NCBI GenBank assembly: GCA_029570245.1
Contig: JAKQSH010000367.1
Coordinates: 1 to 47,665, forward strand
Direction of reading: 5' to 3'
Source: Deltaproteobacteria bacterium
GTDB taxonomy: Bacteria; Myxococcota_A; SURF-8
DNA: 47,665 nt
Positions 27,535 through 35,641 of the stretch are shown here, piece by piece. The translations under genes were made by a program, and so were the position numbers. The notes under the pieces are model-generated. The model saw nothing but the letters and a program-made list of their open reading frames with translations, had not been told where the DNA came from and searched no databases. Positions within the stretch are counted from its first letter, which is position 1, and each line of letters begins with the position of its first letter.

Positions 27535-27903
27535 ATGGCAAAAATACTGATCGTTGACGATGATCTCGACGTGGTCGAAGTCGGTCGGGTCATCCTCGAA
27601 GGCGAAGGCTACCAGGTAGTTACCGCCAACAACCGAGAAGACGGCATGGCAGCCGTCAAGGCCGAAAATCCCAATCTCATTCTGCTCGACGTTATGATGG
27701 AGCGCGAGGACGACGGCTTTGTCATGGCGCAGGACCTGCGTCGCGCCGGAAACAACACCCCCATCATTATGATGACCAACGTCTCCAAAGTCTTCGGACG
27801 TCAGTTCGGCGCCGATTCCGAAATGGTTCCGGTCAACGAATTCGTCGAAAAACCGGTTGATCCGCAGACCCTCAAGGCTCTGGTAAAGAAACATCTGGCT
27901 TAA
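27535..27903 (+). CDS. Stand-alone CheY-like response-regulator receiver domain
   Basis: SD AGGAGG. MAKILIVDDDLDVVE..., phospho-acceptor context LILLDVMM, and TPIIMMTN. There is no output domain. Confidence 0.85.
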   Translation: MAKILIVDDDLDVVEVGRVILEGEGYQVVTANNREDGMAAVKAENPNLILLDVMMEREDDGFVMAQDLRRAGNNTPIIMMTNVSKVFGRQFGADSEMVPVNEFVEKPVDPQTLKALVKKHLA

Positions 27904-27937
27904 CGCGGCCAACAAGAAATCGAAAGGATGGTTTGCA

Positions 27938-29623
27938 ATGCCTACTATTGAACGTGAGGACCTGCGCAAAGAAGTACTGGCCGTGGCCAAAGAGCTGGGC
28001 TCGAACCGCTCAAGCCTCATCCCGCTGCTTCAGGCCGTTCAGGCCCGTTACGGTTACGTTTCCGAGCATGCCATGCAGGACATCGCCGACGCCATCGGCA
28101 TTTCACCGGTCGAAGTCCAGTCCGTGGCCACTTTCTATCACCTTATCAATACCGAGCCCACCGGCCGTTTCGTAATCCGTGTTTCGTCGTGCACACCCTG
28201 CATGATGGCCGGAGCCGAACGCATTATGCATCAGTTCGAGAACGAACTGGGCATCGAAGTCGGCGAAACCACCACGGACGGTGTTTTCACTGTCGAATGG
28301 ACCAGCTGCATCGGAATGTGCGATCAGGGTCCCGCCGTGCTGGTGAACGACAGCGTATACACTTTCGTAACACCTGAAAAGGTTTACGCAATCATCACCG
28401 AGTGCCGCAAGGCCTTCTCCGGCCTTGGAGCCAAAGCCAACGGCCTTATTCCCAACAAACGCAATTCCGGTCCCATCCTCGAAGGCGTCAGCGCTCCCAA
28501 CGCCGCGCTCAAAAAGGCTCTGGGAATGAAGCGCGTGGACGTTATCGCCGAACTGCGTGATTCCAACCTGCGCGGTCGCGGCGGAGCGGGCTTCCCGACT
28601 TCGCTCAAATGGCAGCTGGCCGCCGCCGCAAGCGATCCGGTCAAGTTCGTGGTCTGCAACGCCGACGAGGGCGAGCCGGGCACCTTTAAAGACCGTCTGC
28701 TGCTTACCGAATACATCGACACGCTGCTTGAAGGCATGACCATCGGCGGATACGCCATCGGTGCGAACACCGGCGTCATTTACCTGCGTGCAGAATACAC
28801 CTTTATGAAGGCCGCTATCGAAGCCGCCATCGAAAAGCGTCACACCGAAAAGCTGCTGGGCGAAAAAATTCTGGGCAAGGATTTCAACTTCGACATTCAT
28901 CTGCACATGGGCGCCGGCGCTTACGTGTGCGGCGAAGAAACCGCTCTCATCGAGTCCCTCGAAGGCAAACGCGGCGAACCGCGCAACCGTCCGCCTTTCC
29001 CGGTTGATACAGGTCTTAACGGACATCCGACCATCGTCAACAACGTCGAAACCTTCATCGACGCCGCCCTCATCGTCGATCGCGGCGCGGCCTGGTGGAA
29101 ACAGTACGGCACCGAAAAGTCCAGCGGAACCAAGCTCTTCAGCGTTTCCGGCGACTGCGACAAGCCCGGCATATACGAATTTGCCTGGGGCCTCACCGTA
29201 AACGATCTGCTCAAGCAGGTCGGCGGAGAAGGAGCCAAGGCGGTTCAGATCGGCGGCGCTTCCGGCACCTGCGTTCCCGCCAAGGACTTCGGTCGTAAAA
29301 TCTGTTTCGAAGACGTACCCACCGGCGGCTCCATCATGGTGTTCGACCATGATCGCGATATGCTGGAAATAGCTGAAAACTTCCTGGAGTTCTTCGTTGA
29401 AGAGTCCTGTGGAAAATGCGTACCCTGCCGCAAAGGCTGCCCGACTCTGCTGCGCGGAGTAGAAGAACTGCTGGACGGCAAGGGCTCGGTCGCTTATCTC
29501 AACAAGCTCAAGTCGCTGGCCGAAACCATGCAGTGCTCGTGCGTATGCGGTCTTGGACAGTCGGCGCCGAACGCATTCCTTTCAATTATAGCAAACTTCT
29601 CAGACGAAGTTCTGGGCCGTTAG
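27938..29623 (+). CDS. Fused NuoE-like [2Fe-2S] and NuoF-like (FMN/NADH, [4Fe-4S]) flavoprotein subunit of an NAD(P)-linked [FeFe]-hydrogenase (HydC-HydB fusion)
   Basis: NuoE part: LIPLLQAVQARYGYVS, RVSSCTPCMMAG, WTSCIGMCDQGPAVLVND. NuoF part: LRGRGGAGFPTSLKW, VVCNADEGEPGTFKDR, YVCGEETALIESLEG, ESCGKCVPCRKG. There is no C-terminal 2x[4Fe-4S] ferredoxin module. Confidence 0.85.
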   Translation: MPTIEREDLRKEVLAVAKELGSNRSSLIPLLQAVQARYGYVSEHAMQDIADAIGISPVEVQSVATFYHLINTEPTGRFVIRVSSCTPCMMAGAERIMHQFENELGIEVGETTTDGVFTVEWTSCIGMCDQGPAVLVNDSVYTFVTPEKVYAIITECRKAFSGLGAKANGLIPNKRNSGPILEGVSAPNAALKKALGMKRVDVIAELRDSNLRGRGGAGFPTSLKWQLAAAASDPVKFVVCNADEGEPGTFKDRLLLTEYIDTLLEGMTIGGYAIGANTGVIYLRAEYTFMKAAIEAAIEKRHTEKLLGEKILGKDFNFDIHLHMGAGAYVCGEETALIESLEGKRGEPRNRPPFPVDTGLNGHPTIVNNVETFIDAALIVDRGAAWWKQYGTEKSSGTKLFSVSGDCDKPGIYEFAWGLTVNDLLKQVGGEGAKAVQIGGASGTCVPAKDFGRKICFEDVPTGGSIMVFDHDRDMLEIAENFLEFFVEESCGKCVPCRKGCPTLLRGVEELLDGKGSVAYLNKLKSLAETMQCSCVCGLGQSAPNAFLSIIANFSDEVLGR

Positions 29624-29645
29624 ATGCCAATAAAGGAGAATAGCA

Positions 29646-31466
29646 ATGGCTGAAAACATCACCGCCGGCATCGGCGGACAGATCAGTATCAATATCGACG
29701 GCAGGGACCTTAAAGTTCCCTTCAACATGACCATTCTCGAAGCGGCCCGCGCCAACGGAATCCGCATTCCGACCTTGTGTTATCACGAAGACCTGTGCGT
29801 TTCCGGTTCCTGCCGCCTCTGTGTGGTCGAAATCGAAGGACAGCGCAATCTGCAGGCCTCCTGTGCTTATCCGATAACGCAGTCCATCAAGGTAAAAACC
29901 ACATCGCCGCGCGTGCGCCGCGCCAGAAAGAACATCATCGAGCTGCTTCTGGGCGAACACTTCGGTGACTGCTACACCTGCAAACGCAACAAGAATTGCG
30001 AATTGCAGTCTTTAGCCGCCGAATACGGCGTGACCGAGTATACCTTCGGAAAAGAAGAAGGACCCTTCTTCGAAATCCTGGGCGACGGTCCAGTGGTTCG
30101 CGACATGAACAAGTGCGTGCGCTGCTATCGTTGCGTTCGCACCTGTCAGACTTTGCAGGAAGTTTCAGCGCTGGGCAAAATCAATCGTGGCGACGAAACC
30201 TATATCGGCTCCTTCATGGACCTGCCGCTGCTTGAAGGTCTGTGCGTGGCCTGCGGTCAGTGCATCAACCGCTGTCCGACCGGCGCTTTAACCGAGCACG
30301 ATCAGACCGACGAAGTGTGGGCCGCCATCGACGATCCCACCAAGCACGTCGTCATTCAGACCGCCCCGGCTCCGCGCGCTGGCATCGCCGAAGCCTTCGG
30401 CATTCCCGCCGGAAGCGCCGTCACCAAAAAGATGAACAGCGCCATAAAGATGATGGGATTCGACAAGGTCTTCGACACCAACTTCACCGCCGACCTCACC
30501 ATCATGGAAGAAGGAACGGAACTGCTGCTCAGACTGAAAGCAGCTCTGGTTGACGGCAACAAGGATGTCAAGCTGCCGCAGATAACCTCCTGTTCGCCCG
30601 GCTGGGTCAAGTTCGCCGAGCAGGTTTCACCCAAGCTGCTGGATCATATTTCCAGTTGCAAGAGCCCGCAGCAGATGTTCGGCGCGGTCATCAAAACCTA
30701 TTACGCCGAACTGGCCGGAATCGACCCGAAAGACATCGTCAGCGTTTCTCTCATGCCCTGCACCGCCAAGAAGTTCGAGTGCGAGCGCCCCGAAATGTGC
30801 GACTCCGGTTATCAGGATGTCGATTACGCCCTGACCTCACGTGAGCTGGCCAAGATGATCAAGGAAGCCGGAATAGACCTTATGGCTTGCCCGGATTCGG
30901 AATTCGACGATCCGGTCGGTCTTGGTTCCGGCGCCGGCATCATTTTCGGAGCCACCGGCGGCGTTATGGAAGCGGCCATCCGCACCGCATACGAAATCGT
31001 CACCGGCAGAGAAATTCCTTTCGAGAATCTCGAAGTCAAACCGGTGCGCGGCATGGACGGCATCCGTTCCGCCGAGTTGCCTATAACCGGCGCTGTTGAA
31101 GCCTGGAAATTCCTCGAGGGCGCAACGCTGAAAGTCATGGTTGCGCATGGTCTGGCCAATGCCCGCAAAGTGCTCGAACAGCTCGCAGCCGGCGAACTGA
31201 GCGATTATCACTTCATCGAAATCATGTGCTGCCCCGGCGGTTGCCTGGGCGGCGGTGGACAGCCGATTCCGACCAACCCGGCCATCCGCAAGGCCCGCGC
31301 CGAAGCCATCTATCAGGAGGACCGCATCATGCCCATTCGCAAGTCGCACAAAAACCCGGTCATCGACAAAATTTACAAGGAATTCCTGACTGAAGGTCCC
31401 TGTGGACACAAGAGCCACAAGCTGCTGCATACGCATTACAAAAAACGCGGAACGCAGATCGTATAA
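29646..31466 (+). CDS. hydA: [FeFe]-hydrogenase catalytic subunit (M3-type: 2Fe-2S, His-ligated 4Fe-4S, 2x[4Fe-4S], H-domain, small-subunit-like tail)
   Basis: SD AAGGAG. N-terminal CYHEDLCVSGSCRLC, HFGDCYTCKRNKNCELQ, CVRCYRCVRTC and CVACGQCINRCP. H-cluster motifs are L1 TSCSPGW (variant of TSCCPxW), L2 MPCTAKKFE, and L3 EIMCCPGGCLGGGGQP. Confidence 0.9.
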   Translation: MAENITAGIGGQISINIDGRDLKVPFNMTILEAARANGIRIPTLCYHEDLCVSGSCRLCVVEIEGQRNLQASCAYPITQSIKVKTTSPRVRRARKNIIELLLGEHFGDCYTCKRNKNCELQSLAAEYGVTEYTFGKEEGPFFEILGDGPVVRDMNKCVRCYRCVRTCQTLQEVSALGKINRGDETYIGSFMDLPLLEGLCVACGQCINRCPTGALTEHDQTDEVWAAIDDPTKHVVIQTAPAPRAGIAEAFGIPAGSAVTKKMNSAIKMMGFDKVFDTNFTADLTIMEEGTELLLRLKAALVDGNKDVKLPQITSCSPGWVKFAEQVSPKLLDHISSCKSPQQMFGAVIKTYYAELAGIDPKDIVSVSLMPCTAKKFECERPEMCDSGYQDVDYALTSRELAKMIKEAGIDLMACPDSEFDDPVGLGSGAGIIFGATGGVMEAAIRTAYEIVTGREIPFENLEVKPVRGMDGIRSAELPITGAVEAWKFLEGATLKVMVAHGLANARKVLEQLAAGELSDYHFIEIMCCPGGCLGGGGQPIPTNPAIRKARAEAIYQEDRIMPIRKSHKNPVIDKIYKEFLTEGPCGHKSHKLLHTHYKKRGTQIV

Positions 31467-31485
31467 GTAAATCCACCTTGGCAGA

Positions 31486-31519
31486 ACGCCCTCCGTCTTT
31501 ACGACGGGGGGCGTTTTTT
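31486..31519 (+). terminator. Rho-independent terminator of the hydrogenase operon
   Basis: ACGCCCTCCGTC (31486-31497), TTTAC loop, GACGGGGGGCGT (31503-31514), then T5. Confidence 0.85.
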
Positions 31520-31598
31520 ATGCATGGCATGATTGCACGATGTTGAAAAAGCGTGTAAGTTTAAACGCGTAGTTCAACTTCGTCTGCGGGTAGTTTAC

Positions 31599-31874
31599 AT
31601 GAGCATATTCGAAATCATAATGCTTATCTGTTTCGGCTCGGCTTGGCCCTTTGCCATAGCAAAGTCTTACCGGTCGCGTTCGAACGGCGGCAAGAGCCTG
31701 TTTTTTCTGATAATCATCGTGATCGGCTACATCATGGGAATCATGCACAAGGTCTTCTACAACTTCGACGCGGTGGTATACTTGTATCTTTTCAACGGAC
31801 TGATGGTCGGCGTTGACATCGGTCTGTACCTGCGCAACCGGCGCATTGGCCGCGAGCAGAATTACGCAGTCTGA
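31599..31874 (+). CDS. Small 3-TM membrane protein (possibly PQ-loop/SemiSWEET-like)
   Basis: ATG 31599 lies within track ORF 31533..31874. The 91-aa protein has three hydrophobic helices: IFEIIMLICFGSAWPFAIA, LFFLIIIVIGYIMGIM, VYLYLFNGLMVGVDIGLYL. Family assignment is a guess. Confidence 0.4.
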   Translation: MSIFEIIMLICFGSAWPFAIAKSYRSRSNGGKSLFFLIIIVIGYIMGIMHKVFYNFDAVVYLYLFNGLMVGVDIGLYLRNRRIGREQNYAV

Positions 31875-31942
31875 AAAAGCGCTGCAGAAATTCTGGAGAC
31901 TGGCGCACAGTATCTTACAACTGCAAAGAAAGGAGCCGTGAA

Positions 31943-32443
31943 ATGGGAAGCAAGGGACGTGAAATAGTAGGGATGAATGTAGAACGCGTCATCGAGTTGC
32001 TCAACAAGGCTTTTGCCGACGAGTGGCTGGCTTACTATCAGTACTGGTTGGGCGCAAAAGTCGTCGCCGGTCCCATGAAAGACGCCGTAATCGCCGAGCT
32101 TATGCAGCATGCCGCCGACGAACTGCGTCACGCCGACATGGTTTCGAACCGCATCATTCAGCTGGGCGGAGTGCCGCTGACCACTCCCAAAAAGTGGTTT
32201 GAAATGACCAATTGCGGTTATGATGAGCCGGTCGATCCTTTTGTAAGAACAATCATCGAGCAGAACATCAAAGGCGAGCAGTGCGCCATTTCGGTTTACC
32301 ATGCACTCATTCAGGAAGTCGGCCTTAAAGACCCCGTAACCTACAACATGGCGATTCAGATTCTTCAGGACGAAGTCGAACATGAGGAAGACCTGCAGGC
32401 TTTGCAGGACGACTTGGAAATGATGCTGAATCACAAGCGCTGA
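31943..32443 (+). CDS. Ferritin-like / Dps-like (bacterioferritin-fold) di-iron protein
   Basis: SD AAGGAG. The four-helix pattern carries ferroxidase-type ligands ...FADEWLAYYQY..., ADELRHADM, ...KGEQCAISVY..., QDEVEHEEDL. Confidence 0.75.
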   Translation: MGSKGREIVGMNVERVIELLNKAFADEWLAYYQYWLGAKVVAGPMKDAVIAELMQHAADELRHADMVSNRIIQLGGVPLTTPKKWFEMTNCGYDEPVDPFVRTIIEQNIKGEQCAISVYHALIQEVGLKDPVTYNMAIQILQDEVEHEEDLQALQDDLEMMLNHKR

Positions 32444-32462
32444 AAATTAAAGTCTGCGACAG

Positions 32463-32489
32463 AAAGCCCCGGTCCGGTCCGGGGCTTTT
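32463..32489. terminator. Bidirectional terminator between the ferritin-like gene and the radical-SAM gene
   Basis: AAAGCCCCGG (32463-32472), 6-nt loop, CCGGGGCTTT (32479-32488). It overlaps the stop codon of the minus-strand gene. Confidence 0.75.
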
Positions 32490-33648
32490 ATTTATTCCGA
32501 GGCTTTTTCAGGTAATCGACGACAAAAGGACATTCCGGGTCCGGCTGTGAGATATCGCCGTAATAATGCTGCGTTACGGCATGGCAGCCGCCACGGCATA
32601 TATGCAGATATTCGCAGGAAGCGCATGGCTCAGGGGCGTTTTCGCACCAGTTGCGATAAGCGTTGAACTGCCGGTTCGTGTCCCACTGTTCCGCCACTTC
32701 CGCCGCTTCGCAGGCTTTTTCTTCCACAAAACTGCAGACCGAAAGCGCGCCGTCGGAGCGCACGCCCAGCAGATGGTTGCCTCCTTCGCAACCCAGAACG
32801 CCGTAGAACTCCATCACTTCGCGCGCCGGGCGATGACAGGCGATGAAAGGCACAAAAGAACAGTCGGCTTTAAGCGGAACTCTGTATCTCTCAGTCAGTT
32901 CAAGCAGTTTCGGGTAGAGCGTGCGAGTCTGTTCATCGCTAAGGCGGAACTGTCCGTATAAAGCCGCCGCTCTTCCGCCCGGCTTGTAGCGCAGAAACTC
33001 CACGTCGTGCAGTTTCAGCTTTTTCGCCAGCCTGACTACATTTTCCATCTGATCGAAACTGCGCCTCGAAACCACCATGTTTATTCCGCAGCGTACCCCG
33101 GCTTTTTTCAGAAGCTTCAGGCCGTTCAGCGCCGAAGAAAAACTTCCGCCGCGCCGGTTGATTGCATATTCGTCACTGGTTCCGTCCAGAGAAACGTTTA
33201 CCTGTCCGAAAATGCGACAGCGCCGCGCCAGTTCGGACGTTAATTCATGGCCGTTGGTGGTGAGATTGGGAACCATTCCCTGCATGCGCGCGTATGCCGC
33301 AAGATCAAAGAGGTCTGAACGCAGCAGCGATTCTCCGCCGCCCAGCGCCACATGAAAAACTCCCATGTCGGCCAGCGTCTTCAGCACCATGCGCCATCCG
33401 GCCCCGGAAAGCTCACCCGGATCGCCTGCAGGAGTGGCGCCGGTATAGCACGAGGCGCAGGCCATGTTGCAGCGATTGGTAATCATCAGATGCGCTTCAG
33501 TTGGCGCGCTGAGATGTCTGCGTGTGCCGCTCCATGCCGGATGTGGGGCGTAACCCAGCTTAAGCAGAAAGTTGCGGCTCACGAAAGCCAGCAGTGCCGG
33601 TTTTTCGAGGCTGACTATTCCGCCGAAATGTTCAAATCGCACTTTCAT
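32488..33648 (-). CDS. Radical SAM enzyme with a C-terminal SPASM-type auxiliary Fe-S domain (peptide/protein-modifying maturase class)
   Basis: CNMACASCY (CxxxCxxC), GGGESLL, and a Cys-rich C-terminus ...SVCSF...PEPCASCEYLHICRGGCHA...DPECP. The N-terminal FEHFGGIVSLEKPALL leader-like segment is common in this class. Confidence 0.8.
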   Translation of the reverse strand: MKVRFEHFGGIVSLEKPALLAFVSRNFLLKLGYAPHPAWSGTRRHLSAPTEAHLMITNRCNMACASCYTGATPAGDPGELSGAGWRMVLKTLADMGVFHVALGGGESLLRSDLFDLAAYARMQGMVPNLTTNGHELTSELARRCRIFGQVNVSLDGTSDEYAINRRGGSFSSALNGLKLLKKAGVRCGINMVVSRRSFDQMENVVRLAKKLKLHDVEFLRYKPGGRAAALYGQFRLSDEQTRTLYPKLLELTERYRVPLKADCSFVPFIACHRPAREVMEFYGVLGCEGGNHLLGVRSDGALSVCSFVEEKACEAAEVAEQWDTNRQFNAYRNWCENAPEPCASCEYLHICRGGCHAVTQHYYGDISQPDPECPFVVDYLKKPRNK

Positions 33649-33809
33649 GCAGGCATATTGTCATCTGCATTTGCTGAAGTCAAATCAGAAAAAAGCAGAC
33701 ATTTCATGTTCTGTAATGTGCAAGTGCCGCACTTTTAGCTTGCAGACGACATTGCTTGCAGGCATTATTATTGACCGGAAAACAGTAATTCAACCGCTCC
33801 GGTGAAAAG

Positions 33810-35546
33810 ATGTACTCAAAAAACGCCTCACAGATAATTTTTTTTCTCCTGATACTTTCAATCCTTGCCTGCCCGGCCTGCTCTTCGACAAAAGTCGAGA
33901 CTGACAACGGCGGCGATAATGGAAACGACGCCGACGGCGACGAACCGATATACATTCCGCCCGACGGCGATTCGAACGGGCATTCGGACGGCGACACTGA
34001 AAATTACGAAAGCGCCGAATCCGCAGAGGAAGAAGAGGCCAGTCTTTGCGGTGTGGGCGACGACGAAAAAGAACCGCAGAAGACCCTCAAGATTTACGGC
34101 GGTGTGGACGGCCCGGAGCTGTACGACATCCCGGAAGCGCAGAAAATGTCCATCGGCGCACTTATCGGCAGCAATTACGGCTGGAGCAATTTCTGCACGG
34201 CGACACTCATCGCCGACAATGTGGTTTTAAGCGCGGCTCATTGTGTGCGCGGCGGATTTATGACTCCCGATCTTCAACCGGACGATGTGAAATTCATCAT
34301 CGGGCGCGACGCTGCAAACCCGGACTACACTTTCGATGTCGAAGCGATTTACGACAATCCAGGTTACGAACAGGGCGACCCCGACGCGGCTTCACACGAT
34401 CAGAGCATACTTATTCTTAAGGAATCGGTGCGCGACACAATTCCAGACATCCGTCCCATCCCGTACAATGTCGAAGCGCTTGGAAGCGCTTTCGTCGGAG
34501 AGCATGTGCAGAATGTCGGCTTCGGTTCCACCGACAAAGCGGCGGGCGACAGCAACACTGAACGCTGGTGGACAACCGAGCTGGTTTCTTCGCTTGAGAA
34601 CAATTCCTTTACCGTTTACGGAGAGGGCATACACGGCGTATGTTTCGGCGACTCCGGCGGACCTTCTCTGTATATGATGAACGGCGCGCTGAAGGTTATC
34701 GGCACCGTCTCGTGGGGCGACGAAAACTGCGTGGGTTACGATCATTTCGCGCGCACCGACCGCGACGCCGAATGGCTGATGCAGTACGCCGAACCCTACG
34801 AAGACTGCGGCGATCTTGATGAAGCCGGCGAATGCATCGAAGGCACGGCGCGCTGGTGCGAAGACGGAGTCGTAAAGGAAGTCAACTGCACGCAGCAGCT
34901 GGAAATCTGCGGAACCGACGGAAACGGCGACAATCGCTGTCTGCCCGACCCCTGTGAAGGACTTACGCAGCAGGGCAGCTGCCTGCCGGGCGAAATCGCC
35001 ACATGGTGCGAAGACGGCCAGATCAAACAGCGTCATTGCGAGCCATGCGGTCAGATTTGCGACTGGACCGGTTCTGCACTGGGATATTATTGCAGCGACA
35101 GCGCCACAAGCGGTAAAAGCCGCGTGAATTCCTGTCGTGGAGAATGCAGCGCCGATGAAAACACCGCTTCCTTCTGCGTCGGCGCAGAAGAGCGCCTGTG
35201 TTTCTGCGACGAAATCAGCTCAAGCCTGCAGGCTATCGACTGCAACGAAGTCTGTGCCGAGCAGGGACTGGGCAAGGGCTACTGCACACGCCTTGAAGGA
35301 TTCGACAACCCGCAGTGCATATGCGAAGACAGCTACGATCCTGGAGACTGCGGAGGTCTTGATTACGCGGGCTGCTGCAACGGCGACAGCGTCACATGGT
35401 GCGAGAACGGCAGCGTGATTTCACTGGATTGCGCAGAAGAATACGGCTCGTCCTGCGGCTGGGTGGATTCGGTCTACGGATATTTCTGCGGTGCTTCAGG
35501 CGCCGATCCAACCGGAAAACATCCGCTGACATGCGGTGCGGAATAA
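33810..35546 (+). CDS. Secreted lipoprotein: trypsin-like S1 serine protease with a C-terminal array of Cys-rich modules
   Basis: Lipobox-like ILACPAC plus an acidic linker. IYGGVDG..., catalytic His in TLIADNVVLSAAHCV, Asp in HDQSILIL, Ser in GVCFGDSGGPS. Three repeats of the form C-x-G/D-L-x3-G-x-C-x-G-x4-W-C-E-D/N-G follow. Confidence 0.8.
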   Translation: MYSKNASQIIFFLLILSILACPACSSTKVETDNGGDNGNDADGDEPIYIPPDGDSNGHSDGDTENYESAESAEEEEASLCGVGDDEKEPQKTLKIYGGVDGPELYDIPEAQKMSIGALIGSNYGWSNFCTATLIADNVVLSAAHCVRGGFMTPDLQPDDVKFIIGRDAANPDYTFDVEAIYDNPGYEQGDPDAASHDQSILILKESVRDTIPDIRPIPYNVEALGSAFVGEHVQNVGFGSTDKAAGDSNTERWWTTELVSSLENNSFTVYGEGIHGVCFGDSGGPSLYMMNGALKVIGTVSWGDENCVGYDHFARTDRDAEWLMQYAEPYEDCGDLDEAGECIEGTARWCEDGVVKEVNCTQQLEICGTDGNGDNRCLPDPCEGLTQQGSCLPGEIATWCEDGQIKQRHCEPCGQICDWTGSALGYYCSDSATSGKSRVNSCRGECSADENTASFCVGAEERLCFCDEISSSLQAIDCNEVCAEQGLGKGYCTRLEGFDNPQCICEDSYDPGDCGGLDYAGCCNGDSVTWCENGSVISLDCAEEYGSSCGWVDSVYGYFCGASGADPTGKHPLTCGAE

Positions 35547-35641
35547 CGGAACTCTCCGTCTTAAGCGTTTAAAAACACAGGCGCTTCTTGCTATTTCTGC
35601 CGCGTTTGTTTAAATTCAATTAAAGTTTCAGGCAAACGCTC

